Source: Tubulanus polymorphus (Eukaryota > Animalia > Nemertea). From it: DNA of 64,000 nucleotides. The translations under genes and the position numbers were made by a program. The notes below the pieces were generated by a model. That model did no database searches, was not told the origin of the DNA, and saw only the letters and a list, made by a program, of their open reading frames with translations. How positions within the stretch are numbered: the first letter of the stretch is position 1; each line of letters starts with the position of its first letter. The stretch is from positions 10,125,847 to 10,189,846 of the forward strand of contig NC_134030.1 in the NCBI RefSeq assembly GCF_964204645.1, in the 5' to 3' direction. Below, piece after piece: positions 33,872 to 46,250 of the stretch.

Positions 33872-36539
33872 TTTTCTTCTGCTTTCATCTGGCGCGCGTG
33901 TCGTGCGTGATTACAAATCCATCATGGCGCGCGCAGCAGCCTTTGTTCAGATAATGAACGGCGCCCGTCACCAAATATAGGGGAAATCATTAATTCATAC
34001 AACAGCCGCGACTGGCAGACAAAAGGATAGTTGATTATACTATCACATCTGACGTGTAGTATGAGTAGGGCATTTATACGTAGGGGTAGCGAGCACGCAG
34101 CTAGTCAATGGACGCAGAGTACTGCAACTCGCGATTTTTGTAACATCTTCCGTGGAGCCGCTATCGTTGATGACAGGACTTCCTTGTCGAAGAGCTGATG
34201 TTTTCAACAGAAATTTCAGATCAGAAGGTAGGTTTGCAAGAAAGCATATATAGGGCCTACAATATAGTGAACGTTAAAATGAAAAAATGAACATACCAAT
34301 TTGTTAAAAGAATTAAGATAGTGCGCCCTGTGGGAATACTCCAAGTTGCCTCAGATATGATGGGCTACTTTATGAATCATGGATGTATGTAAGGTAAAAT
34401 GTCAATATAGAGAAAAAATAGCCCTAATGGTTTTCTTAGCTAGTTTTATTTTCAACGCTTCCGTCGTTTAGATAAGATTTCTTTAAGGATATAGCCGACG
34501 AGTTGAAAGTAAACTGGGGTATAGCTCAAGAAAACCTTAAGGGCACATTTTTCTTTACATTGTGCGTTGTGGATTTTCACCCCCTATTCAACGCGGATAG
34601 TGTCTTCATCGAGGTATGAATCATGGTATAATTCACTAAATCACCCCTACCATTAAGCGCAAATAAAACGGCGCCATCAGTTCGAGACAAAATGGGTGGT
34701 TTCTACTTTCATTTTAAGATTTCGAATTCGAAATTTGAAGTCGTCTTCACAAAGGATCTCGGTAGCCACGTGTCTGCATATTGTTGACGTGCGACTGTTG
34801 GCAGGTGGTGCTGTTACAAGTGCCGCCACCACACATATTGCATGAGTCATTGGTGTCTCAATTTCCTCAATCAATCTCTGGATTTAGTCACGCTCGAAGC
34901 GTTCACTTTAATTATTCATCGCTGATTCTAATATTATTGTTATCGATCGTATAGCTTTGTTGTTGTGAATTAAGTCATAGCGTTAATTCCGCGTTGTCGG
35001 CAGTTGACCTTGGATGGATTTTCCATCATTTACAGATGGTGGAGTGAGAAACCACAAAAAAATGAAAAATAAAAACGCATATAGACACGATGAATCATTA
35101 AGATCGCAATATCCGTGATGGAAACAATAAAAGCAAAATCCTACGATATATTGCTCAGAGGCTAAAAAGTTAATTCAAAATTCTAGAAATATTTCAGGTT
35201 TTAGCTAAAAAATGATATGTCAAATGGATGTTTGACATGTCATTTTATAGTGAAGAAGGGTGGTAGCAACTAAGCGAAATATTTCTACTATTTAAGTTAA
35301 ACTTTTAAGTCGTTTATCGCGTATAAACAGGATTACTCCAGAAATGAAATAGCGCGTTGTAGCAATACCAGCTCTTGTCTCAGTTTTATCGGCTTTTACA
35401 ATTTGAATAATTGTGCGCTATATAACACAAAATTTGATACACTTTGTACGTATAAACCGTATGCTTGAAACCATGAGAAATAAGAAACACTTTGATTATT
35501 CAGTCTTATTGGAAATTCCTATCCGGAAGTTACCGATACGTGATAAAGTGAGGAAAAGGGCTGTTCACGCGAACAGAAAGTGGATAGATTTATGATCGCG
35601 TGTTTTTCAATGCCTAGATCTTGAACCTTTCGCTGAACCGTGAAATAATATGTATATTTCATTACGAATAATCGGTTTTCAATTGTCCTCGACGCCGTAT
35701 TGCGATTCGAAAGTATAATTTACTACTTCGTTGTAAAATAAAAAGTGTTTTTCTTTATATTTTCCAGTTCATGCGTAGGTCAGTACGCGTTCTCTCGCGG
35801 GACAGTAGTTGTTGTTGTGATTGTAAGCGACCGACCATTGCGGCGACCCTGGTACTTTGAAAGAGCTCGTTTCATATCAGTCACCTGGTGCAACGCGACC
35901 GAAAAAGCCCGGGGCGGCGGCGGCAAACTCGATATGCGGGGTGGATCATAATTCTACTTGTTCGAACCAGTATCTAGTCTGCGGACAATGACATGGGAGT
36001 AAGTTGTACTGTAATCTATGAAACGTCGCAATTTTTTTCAATAGCGTTATCGCAGCGATTATGACTAATCATTCGGCCGCATTTATATATACGTGGAAAT
36101 ACGTCTGTATATATAGCTCACGCGAGAAGGCGCAAGGACGAAAAATTTCACTCCTGAGATGACGTTCTCGTTGAAATCGGGAGGTAATTACTAAAACTGT
36201 CGAGCATATATTTGTCGAAGAGCTCGATATTGTCGAAGAGTTGTGGACCGGTAAATAATGCTCACTCTCCTTTGTTTGCCCACTTCAAAGAATTAATTAC
36301 GTTCCACGCGTAACAATTAGCGAAGGGCCAGGTGTTGAAGCACCTTGATCTCGGGAGTTAATTCTCACAAAGAGCGTGACATTGGATTAAGATAGCAACA
36401 GCTGAATAGCGATAAAGTGGCAGTATTTGTACCCCTGGGGATTTTGTCGATCGGCGGCGGGCGATGAGTAAATGTACCTTTGTATCGAGATCTGAGCATA
36501 GCGAGAGTTTCGTGTACATGAGGCAGTCAGCTCGCGACG

Positions 36540-38189
36540 ATGGCTCCGGTTTTACTGGGCTTACGCGCTACAGAGACCTTGCCGAAAACCATGTCGGGAT
36601 CTAGCATCGTTTTGGACGGACAGTGCCCGAATTGCGAAGTCGGTGTTACCGTATCGATAAACGTGCGACAACAGGAACCGCCGAGTCCGCTGAAAAGGCA
36701 ACGCTCCGCCGAGGAAAATCTACCTCCTATTTCACCGGGTCGGTGTTCATTAGTCGCTAGGCAAAAACAGCTGTTATCTACACGCACCGACGAAAAAAAC
36801 TGCCTTATCATGGACACGAGCTTCGGCAACCAGACGAATGATGCCCCGGGTACCTTCGATAATTTGGAGAACTCGAGGAATCTTGCCAGTATTCGCAGTC
36901 GCATTCCGGATGAGCTGAGAAAAACGCGCGTTATCGAATATCCGCGCATACCTTACGAGGAAATAACCGACGCAGATACGGATATCAAACAGCTACGAAA
37001 GCGAGAGTTGCTACGATGTACGATGAACATGAATCGGCATCGGATGGATGGACAGTTTTCGGCGCGAACTGTTCATAAAGACAATACGACCGCCTGTAAA
37101 AAACGAGTCACGTTTGACGTCGACGTCGTCGACGGAATGATGTCTAATCTGAATATGGCGGACGACGACAACCAACGAGCGACTCGTTCGAAAAGTTCAA
37201 ACGACAACCTGTCGCGCGAACGGAGATGCGAGGACAGGTGCAACTTGCCGAAACCGCCTCGCGCCAACGCGGACGCCCAGAATCGTTCTCCGTCGAAAAT
37301 ACCGCGTCGCCCGACCCGCGAAATGAAACTGAAACGATACGCGGCGAAGATGCGTCGTCGCGCGGCGAGACGAGCCGATTGCGAGCGCGAAAACAGGACG
37401 TCTACCGAAGTCGGTTTCTTGACCAGGAAACGTTCCCCGACTGAATCTCGAAGGGGTGATTCGATTCTTGACGGGTGTGAAGATACCAGTACCGTCGGCT
37501 GTAATACGACCAGGGAGGTGGGACACTCCCACCTCCCTGATACGACGAAACAACGATCGCCCGCGAGCCGTTACGGTGATATCTGCGACATACCTGGCAA
37601 TGAGAATATGAACGTCGAGCGTGAGTCAGGTGCATCGAACAATGAAAATAGCGATAAAACAGACGGCGCGGACAATGTCAATAAACAGACCGATGGTAAT
37701 ATCAGTAAAGCCGCTGTAATTCGCATCAAACGGAAATTGTTACGTCGGCGCTTAATAGGCGACGCGCAGACGACCGCCAATCCGAGTAACGATGACAAAA
37801 ATCGTCCCAGACCACCCGCTGACGACTTTCGGCCGCGGGCTTATAGCGATACCGCAGCGCTCACGGCGGACTGTGCTAAAACTAAATCGTCTTCCAACGA
37901 CCGCCAGCATCGTAATACGATGACGTCACGTAGCCGCGCTTTCAGCAAACTGAAACCTCTTCTCAGCAGGCGGCAAATGCAAGCTTTAAACTTCGTCGCG
38001 AACGAAGGCGCCGGCGTCGGCAAAATTGCGAAAGCGGACACCGATAGCATTTTGGATACGATTCCGGCTAGTTATCCGGGTATCGCCCCCAGGCTGGAAG
38101 CTCATCCGCTTTTGCCGATATCGTCGGCGACCAGACGACTGCAGCAGCTCGATCGCGTGCAATTACTTTCCGAGGAATTCGAACTGTGA
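36540..38189 (+). CDS. Uncharacterised 549-aa intronless, Arg/Ser/Asp-rich, probably disordered protein
   Basis: 1650-nt open frame, clearly GC-richer than its flanks, start context GACG-ATG-G. No domain recognised. Contains KKRVTF, RPRAYS and basic NLS-like runs. Confidence 0.8.
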   Translation: MAPVLLGLRATETLPKTMSGSSIVLDGQCPNCEVGVTVSINVRQQEPPSPLKRQRSAEENLPPISPGRCSLVARQKQLLSTRTDEKNCLIMDTSFGNQTNDAPGTFDNLENSRNLASIRSRIPDELRKTRVIEYPRIPYEEITDADTDIKQLRKRELLRCTMNMNRHRMDGQFSARTVHKDNTTACKKRVTFDVDVVDGMMSNLNMADDDNQRATRSKSSNDNLSRERRCEDRCNLPKPPRANADAQNRSPSKIPRRPTREMKLKRYAAKMRRRAARRADCERENRTSTEVGFLTRKRSPTESRRGDSILDGCEDTSTVGCNTTREVGHSHLPDTTKQRSPASRYGDICDIPGNENMNVERESGASNNENSDKTDGADNVNKQTDGNISKAAVIRIKRKLLRRRLIGDAQTTANPSNDDKNRPRPPADDFRPRAYSDTAALTADCAKTKSSSNDRQHRNTMTSRSRAFSKLKPLLSRRQMQALNFVANEGAGVGKIAKADTDSILDTIPASYPGIAPRLEAHPLLPISSATRRLQQLDRVQLLSEEFEL

Positions 38190-39932
38190 ATATATTCAAT
38201 ATATGTATATTTTATATATCTTTGGAATGGATAAATGCAAATGAATTCAGCGAATGGAAAATAATAGATCACCATCGCTCGTGTTCCAGTGGCGAGATTC
38301 TTGACATATGGCGGCGTTTGCTATAGGGCCTAATTATCCGCTATCACCCGGTATCTACAAACGCACGATTATAATATAGGCTATTAGTGTATAGTGTTTT
38401 ATTGTGCTAAATACGAATGTGTATGCAAAATATTTTATCACATGACTATACGATACATTTTGATAATGAAAACATTTACACCGAGTTTTGTACATGTACA
38501 TGTATATTGCATTTAAATGACGCAAAATATATATGCAAACAATTTTTGTATTGCATTGTCATGTATATACACGATAAGGCAACTTTCATGACGTTGATTG
38601 CTATGTGATTATGAGGCGGGCATTGCACTTTTGTATATTTATACATGTATATAGTATATACCATTTTACATTTCAAACGCCAAAGGTTGTCGTACGTTTT
38701 ACGTACTGTATACGCTTTTCTATATCATGGCTATTACTACTCATCATGTACTGCGAGGAATATCTAATAAAAGCGATTTTTTCACATTTTCGAACATATT
38801 CCTATGTTCTTCGTTTTGATACTTACTCACGATGCGCAGCCGATGTGCGTGGAGGACACGAACTTTTCCAACCGTTTTTCCAAACGATTCCCTCGTATTT
38901 GCTATCGATGATTTGTTATTAGACCAGCCTTAGCTATTGTTCTATCATTATTTGATGAGACGAAGTTGGCGGGGGCCTGTTGTCCGCTTCAACGAATGTA
39001 ATTCGAGGGAAAACGCCGTGCGCCTTGTCACCCCGACACTACTCTGACTGGGACAACGATGAGGTAGCGGGTTCTGGCGCATATAGAAATTTTGTCTCCC
39101 CCAGGGTCAGTTTACAGTTTAGTTTAATTTATTGCTCAACAAAAATAATTTGCACAGAGCAAAACAGAACATTATAATGATTACAAACAATATTGCTTGA
39201 CAAGTTAAAATTTCAATTCCTGTTGCACGTATAAACATTTTAGATTTTTTCATTACTAGGGAATGTTCTATAATACTGTTTCACATGTAAGTTCCTCAAC
39301 TAGGAAGGGACACAGTAAAAATAAAATGAAATTCGTTGCAAACAATATTACGGTTACATTTAGGGCATAGTCTTTCGTCTCGGGGGATCCGGCTATATTA
39401 TCTGCCGTTTCCATAGGTAAATTGTGTAATTGGAACAATCTACAGACATTAAATGCCCTGGACGCTATCAAAATCGAGGATCAAAAACTAGATAGGCGAT
39501 ATAACAAAAAGGTAATATATCCGGCATTAGCCTATATATGCAACGTTTTCTTTTTAAAATGTAGAGATAGATTCGCAGTCAAGTCGCATTTCTCTTCAGA
39601 CGAGCAAGGGCGTTAACCTACCTGGTGACACGCTGGAAATAAAAGCAGCTACACGAATTATCGACGAAATAAATAAACAGAAGCAATTTTCTAAATCAAT
39701 ACAGACTTCATCATCTATCGGGTCGATAACAAAACGGTATATACAATCGTATGAAAAATTTTACTGAAGGGTCAGCCAAAATCCTGACGCAGTATTTAGG
39801 TCACGATATCGTCAACTACGTATATTCGTGGCAATCAATGTAGGTATTTGACGACGACAAGCAGAGAACATTATGCGATCGGGATCGCCGCGGGTTAAGA
39901 CTTCAATGGTTTACTAGAATAACTATTTGGAA

Positions 39933-42900
39933 ATGGAAATACATCAGATATTGCTGCTTGTTATTTGGATACTAAGTACATTAGTTGTAGATGACGTAGC
40001 GTCTACATCGTGTATAAGAATTGACGATTGTAGCTGTAGAATGGACGATGGAAGCGGAATTATAGACTTATCCGGTTTAGACAGCAAAGACCTTAATGTA
40101 CCAGCGTGAGTCCACGATCTCAAAGATACCCCCTTTTTGATTGTATATTCCCATATTTAAAATTTCTGATACGGCGTCTGCATATAGCAACATGGCTGAT
40201 TAGATAGGCCGCTATGGTCCCTGGCAGACGAGACTGGGCCGCATCATACAAAATCCCTGGAAAATTTGCTAAAGATGAATATAAATTATTTTGATCATAT
40301 TCTATTGGACATCTATATTTGCAAAATATCGAAACAGATCGCGTATATTCCATTTCTATAGCTATTTTCTTTATTTTTTGTTTCGTTTATATTCAAGGAC
40401 GTATCAGGCTCTATGTATCTATACTATTATCTATATGTTCTCGATTTAACGGAGATTGCCATAAATTAGTCATCTCTTTAAGGATTTTTCTACATGTGAA
40501 ACCCAAGCCATTGGTGATCATCTCTCAAAATGAATGCCATAATGTGGTGGGTTTTCGCCGCCATAAAACTGGCTGGGGTTTCCTTTTTTGGAATTCAATT
40601 CAATGTTTATTTGCTTAGAAAAGGTAAACAGATACAATCTACGCAGGCCTAGCAAGGCCAGAAAGGGCGCTTAACGCTAGCACCCAGTTTCTATACTCAT
40701 CATCCAGTACGCTACCAGGAGACATTAAATCCGCATTTGTCAGCTCCACGTTAGTTATTGGGCTTTCGATTTAACTGGATTAGTACACAGAGGCGTGGTA
40801 ATAGAATTAACTATAACCGTACTTTACAGTATATTTACGATTATCACGTGACCTCCCCGCTCGGAAGGGATTTGAGCCAAATGGTATCGAGACTACCACG
40901 GCCCGAAATACTGTCCGATTATATTTCGAGTGCGCAGCTACATGCGCATCTTAGATGATGTCATTATTAACCAATCGGAAATCACATCTTAATTAAGCCC
41001 GGGTTTTTCCATTTATAGTTTATCCCTTATGCACTCCCGGCAAGGACTCGAACCTGATGGCATCACTAGACCCAGCCACAGAACGAACCCCTGTCACACT
41101 AGACCGGGTGCGCAGGTACATGCGCAGGTTTATCCGCAAGAAAACTTGCGACACCAACCAGATTTCACGGAGTCCCCCCAGCCCTTTTTCGAGGTGAATG
41201 TAAAACAATATTGTTGATTCCGACATTTTATTCTACCCATCAAACTGCTTTCAAAAATATTCTAATGGCGTTGTGTTCTAAACAAGAGCAGAACAGGAGA
41301 AATCATCGAAATGAGGACCCGTGCCATCCTACCCCGCTGTCGGGCGTGCGTAACGGCGAGACAACCCCGAAAAATCTAGTTCACTTTCAATTAACTTTCA
41401 TCTCGATTTCTAGCCTCCCTCATCATTAGGCATATGAGACCACATGGTAAACTCAGATTGATAATTAGGATCAACATATAGTTACGATTTTCATTCAAGA
41501 ATTCAAGAAATTATAGATAGATTTTAATTGAATCAGAGTAGAAATCCGGGAGTGGTTGTAGAATATACACTATTAACAATCAAACCTTGTCTTAATGCAC
41601 ACATTTTCTTATCTCTTTTCGAAATTTTCTAAAACTGATAAAATATACAATGAAATTTACTGCGTTGTTTGATGTTTCGAGTGTCGCAGTCGTCAACACA
41701 ACGAGTTGAAGCATGTAAGGTTTACGGGGCCAAATCAAGATAGATGGTTTTACACCGAGAATGACACTAACTATATTGTTAGGAAGCGATAGAATAAGAT
41801 ATAAACAAGTTATCGCCACAAGATTTTTGATACAGGTTTTGTCTTGTTTGGAGATACTCTGCGCACTTTCTAAAGAAGCTGCATTTGGTCTTGATACTAA
41901 CTGCATAGCGATTATAACTATACACGAAACACTTAATATGCAGTATGGAGCAATATAACGCATAGTCGGTAAATATACGGACATGGCCATTCTAAAAATG
42001 ACGTTCTCCGCAGACCGGAAATCAGGAAATAATATGCAGTTTTGGCGCCCGTCTTCGACATAAGTGTGAATGCCATATAAGTTAAAGAGAGCCCCCTCTG
42101 CCACAATGGTAATGGTCCATTGACATAATATCAAATACCGACGCCGAAGTTTGGTAAAAGTTGTCGCAGCTTTAAAAGGCATACAAATAGCAAATGATCT
42201 TTCAAGAGAAAAAATACACAACGTCCATATAGATAATCTTAATGAAACATTTACCGTTACGAGTAAAAACTTACAAACAAATTCGGAAGTCGTGTAAATG
42301 AGGTATATACCAAAGCCTGTACCCGAAGCGTAGCTGATCTTCTCAAGCAATTTTAATGACATTGTGTTTACGTGTATGATATCGGATAAAGCTAATGAGA
42401 TCAAGTATTGAGTACTGGGACCGTCTAGTTTATTGCGCAATCGAATGAGTAAAACCAACGTGAGCAAGCTACCGACACTACCGAAAATCATCAAGAGATA
42501 GATTATAATACTGTACGTGTACCAGACGGTCATTTGCCAACGTTCCGAAGGCGACTGGAGAAATGTGCGATTCATTATTTCGTTTGAAATGAAATTGATA
42601 CATCTCTGAAATATTAGTTGATGATTTAATGAGGTTTGGTGTGCCAGTGGAGTAATTCGTTATGATGCGTTAGTTGCGTTCGTATCAAACGATAGATATA
42701 TATATTCATAAATCATATTCAATCATCAATTTAGAATTCAAATCCTTCGGGGTTTTAGATACCCGCACGGATATGAATGATCCCGCTCTGATTTTCGTTT
42801 CATGTCTATTTGAAAGAAAACAAACGTGATGTTGAACTTATTGATATTTTAGTGGCACCAAATCTTAACGGAAGTTAAAAAATGCGGTTTCTATCGTACC

Positions 42901-45352
42901 AAATGAATATAGTTGATTTTGTCAGGCTGTTCGCACATTCTCATTGTAAATAAAAGGAAACAAAAGTACGACGGATTTTTCAATTTGCACTCACCGGTAT
43001 CGCTTAATTTTAGTAGCGCCAATTATTGATTGAAGTTTGGGGTTTATCTTCTGTTTTATTTAACACGTTGAGGCGAACGCTCAAGGACAATCGAATATTC
43101 GTTCAAGATTTTACTATTTAATTGCGATAATTCTAGGACATTCTCTCTCGAATCGCGTCCGAGTATTTTTTGTCGTTTTCCAACTGAATCATAACATCGA
43201 CATTTGATCGTTACCATAAACTGATTTCAGAACCGGATTTGCAATAGAAAATAGATGGACGCTTCGTCGGGATTATTACAGTAAATATCGATATAACCTT
43301 GACCCTCGGACGGCGCCGACACTTTGCTTACACCGAGACTCGAAAGAGCAGATGGTTCCGAGAATTGCAGTGATTTCCTGTGAAATTTTGGATCTAATGA
43401 GATCCTGCAATATACATTTTGGATACAGAAGGGATAGATATCCTAAAACACAATTATATCCTTGTGTCAGCGTCCCTGCTTTCTATCCCCCTCTGAGATC
43501 CCATGCCCCCTATTTCTTTATGATTTTCATATTTAAATGATTGCAACAGATACCGGCAGTTTGCCAAAACGTCAAGTCGTTTCCGATGTTGAAAAATATA
43601 CCAACATTGCAAATTAGCGATGCTATCGCAAACGGATAACTAAACTTATCGTTTATATGCTTATTCTTGAAGGCCTGCGAAAAATTCTCCGGACCTAACG
43701 TGGAATTTTACACGCCCATAGGGGATCCGTCACCGGTCGAATAGTCATACGATTCGAGTTCATCGCAAGTAGCCGTCAAATACTCGTCAGCTAAATCATC
43801 ATGGTAAATATTGAATACGCATGGTATAACGGCAAGTAAACTGTATCAATTTTTTGCACATTCCTTACGTTACGTTTACGAAAAAAAACTAGCGGTGAAT
43901 CTTCTTGCGTATAAGCCCAGGATCCTTCTTTGTCCGACAAAAACTCCTCCTCCATTCAATTTAACTCGCTCTCTCTTCATTCCGTTGCCCTAGACGCCAA
44001 ATATTGGCCCTGCAACGTAACTAACTTAAACTTGAACTTGATTAGTATGCATTTTGATCACTCTGGAAGGCCAGCTATTCACCTGACACGGGACTACGTA
44101 TACGACTTAATATAACTGATGCCTTCTTCATCGTTTTCAATATAGGAGCACTAAGGTTTATTTGAAATGCGCTCCCAATGCAGGGAAGGGAAGACTCGAT
44201 ATCTTAGATAGTTCATCAACCGATGTGGTAAGCATTTGGTTTGATTAGTTCATTTTCAATACTGAAATTTGAACTTGATTTTTAAGCCTCTAAATCCAAA
44301 AATTATAAAACGAGTGATCGGACAGATTCCTTTTCTCACTCACTGATATTCCACTGAAAATTGATTTACTCTTTAGAAATTGGTTCGAATTTAATCGAAA
44401 TGTAGGAAAAATTGAAGCGCAGTAACCCAGTGCCACTATAGAGATGCTTACGGATTATCGCATAACACTCTAAAATTATGCAGTTCCCTCACGTCTTTTG
44501 GAATCCCTTAAGAAATCATCGCAATAACCAATATGATAAAATTGAAGTACGATATGTGTATTTCTCATGTTGAATGTTTTTGTCCTGTAACTCGTAGGTA
44601 TTAATGGGGTACGAATGTGAGTGTATGGGCGACTGGACCTTCTAGGTCGTAAGCTTCTTTCAGCTTCACCAGCCACCCAGCGTCTTCTGGTGGTAAATCC
44701 TTTCGTTCCTGGAATACCATCACCATTGTCGTTATCGTTATCATTATCGTTATCGTTACCTTTTTGTTATCATTAGCGTTGTCATTATCGTTACCGTTGA
44801 TGTTATCGTTATCATTATCATTATCGTTTTAACGATCGTTTACATTTTCGTAACCGTTATCGTTATCATCATCGTCGTCATTATCGTTATCATTATCTAA
44901 AATGAATAACAGTTCTTCATTTCGTTCAATCATCTTAAGCACCTATTGTCTTGTAAATTCAAACGAAACGATCAGGATTTTTTATCGTTTGAATTACATA
45001 TCCTTTCAATGATGGCTGTTGTAGTGTAATCTTTTTTCAGAAAATGCAACTCACCAGCGCATTTGCATGTGCCGAAAATGACGGCCTCAGCGTAGGGTCA
45101 GTTTTATGTATGATGTAAGTAGATTCTAGTAGGTGGTTGTATCAAAGCCTATACCAGATGGATGCTCCTCCGATCATTTGTAACTTTATAAAAGTGGAAT
45201 CTGTTTTTATCCATCTCTCTTACAGAGCGCTTGTGTTAGTGTTTGTTTATGTTGTGGGTGGCGTGCTTTTTATGCATTTCGTCAAAAAAGCAGAGGGTAC
45301 GAATAAGATACCGAATAAGGCGATATGGACCAGTATTCCTGGTCTAATAAAG
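39933..45352 (+). CDS. Cation-dependent mannose-6-phosphate-receptor / ATG27-like type I membrane protein, partly resolved and possibly disrupted; clear exons 39933-40105, 44146-44227, 45041-45114, 45226-45352
   Basis: Signal peptide + SCIRIDDCSCRMDDGSGIIDLSGL; RSTKVYLKC; MQLTSAFAC...GLSVGSVLCMI; TM segment + FVYVVGGVLFMHFVKKAEGTNKIPNKAIWTSIPGLIK, typical of this family's tail. Middle exon(s) and last exon are unresolved; a candidate last exon is 48706-48729 (DCLFLRK*). Confidence 0.7.
41592..42575 (-). CDS. Intronless rhodopsin-class (class A) GPCR, FMRFamide-receptor-like / candidate chemoreceptor, nested in an intron of the M6PR-like gene
   Basis: 327 aa with seven hydrophobic segments. 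Motifs: LALSD (TM2), CK at the top of TM3, SLERSFAICMPF (DRY variant), IAPY (TM5), LSLP (TM6), NNAVNFIVY (NPxxY changed to NFxxY), FRKEI helix 8, N-terminal NRT sequon. Confidence 0.9.
   Translation of the reverse strand: MNRTFLQSPSERWQMTVWYTYSIIIYLLMIFGSVGSLLTLVLLIRLRNKLDGPSTQYLISLALSDIIHVNTMSLKLLEKISYASGTGFGIYLIYTTSEFVCKFLLVTVNVSLRLSIWTLCIFSLERSFAICMPFKAATTFTKLRRRYLILCQWTITIVAEGALFNLYGIHTYVEDGRQNCILFPDFRSAENVIFRMAMSVYLPTMRYIAPYCILSVSCIVIIAMQLVSRPNAASLESAQSISKQDKTCIKNLVAITCLYLILSLPNNIVSVILGVKPSILIWPRKPYMLQLVVLTTATLETSNNAVNFIVYFISFRKFRKEIRKCVH
44722..44897. repeat. Degenerate (TTATCG/TTATCA)n simple repeat
   Basis: gttatcgttatcattatcgttatcgttacc... visible directly. Confidence 0.9.
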
Positions 45353-46079
45353 GTTTGTGAATTTGCAAATGTACGAGAGAGGGGTCTGTGGGGCTGTTAA
45401 TGGCCACACGCATTATTTTAGATACGACACTTCGATCGTGGAAAAACGCAAAACGAAAAGATTCGTTCTTGCGCCATGATTTATGATTTTCGTTTTTGCT
45501 CTATGTTTCATTTTTGCATTTTTCCACGGTCGTGGACATATTGAAAGTAATGCACGTGGCCCCTTATCAGCCACGACGTCAACAGATTCTGATATATAGC
45601 CGACGTTCCACGACGTAGGAAAGATACGTATTTAGTTGCCAACATCAGAGACAGCAATTATGTAACCGACCTCGACCGACGACAAATCAACTACATTCTG
45701 TACTTCGATTTCCGATTTCCAAATCAAACCCCCTGTTTCGCTCCCAGCAGTTGTGGTGGGTTTGTAAGGGACACCAAAACAGAAAATCTAATGAAATCCC
45801 TATTTTAAGATTTAAAAAAACATCAGAGACAGCGATAGTATATGGAAAACTTCGCGGGAAATTACGTAACGTTTTTATATAGGGGATATGTTCAAGGAAA
45901 AGCGGCAAAACAAAAACATATCACGCGGGTAGTCTAGTTTGTTTTCCGCACCGCTAATAATCTGCCGCGAAAACAGTATTATAGAATGGAAAACAGCAAC
46001 TGTGTTAGAATCTAACGCTAAGTGCGTATATCGGATGGATATATTAGCGCATCCAATCGCTGGAATGTTGTTTCCTTAC

Positions 46080-46250
46080 TTCTTTCTACCTCTCTCTCTC
46101 CAGCACTCTCGCGCGCCCCCTCTCTCCCTCTCCCTCTCTCTCTCCCTGCCTCTTTTTCGCTCTCTCCGTCTCCCTCATTCTCTGTCTCTCGCTCGCTCCT
46201 TCCCTCTCCCAATCTATCCCCCTCTCCCCCCTCATCCTATATCTCTCGAT
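46080..46250. repeat. CT-rich polypyrimidine microsatellite
   Basis: tctctctctc...tccctctctctctccct run. Confidence 0.9.

Noticed and set aside
41030-41110. Functional tRNA gene
   Set aside because: Only a T-arm/B-box and loose acceptor-like pairing; no cloverleaf.
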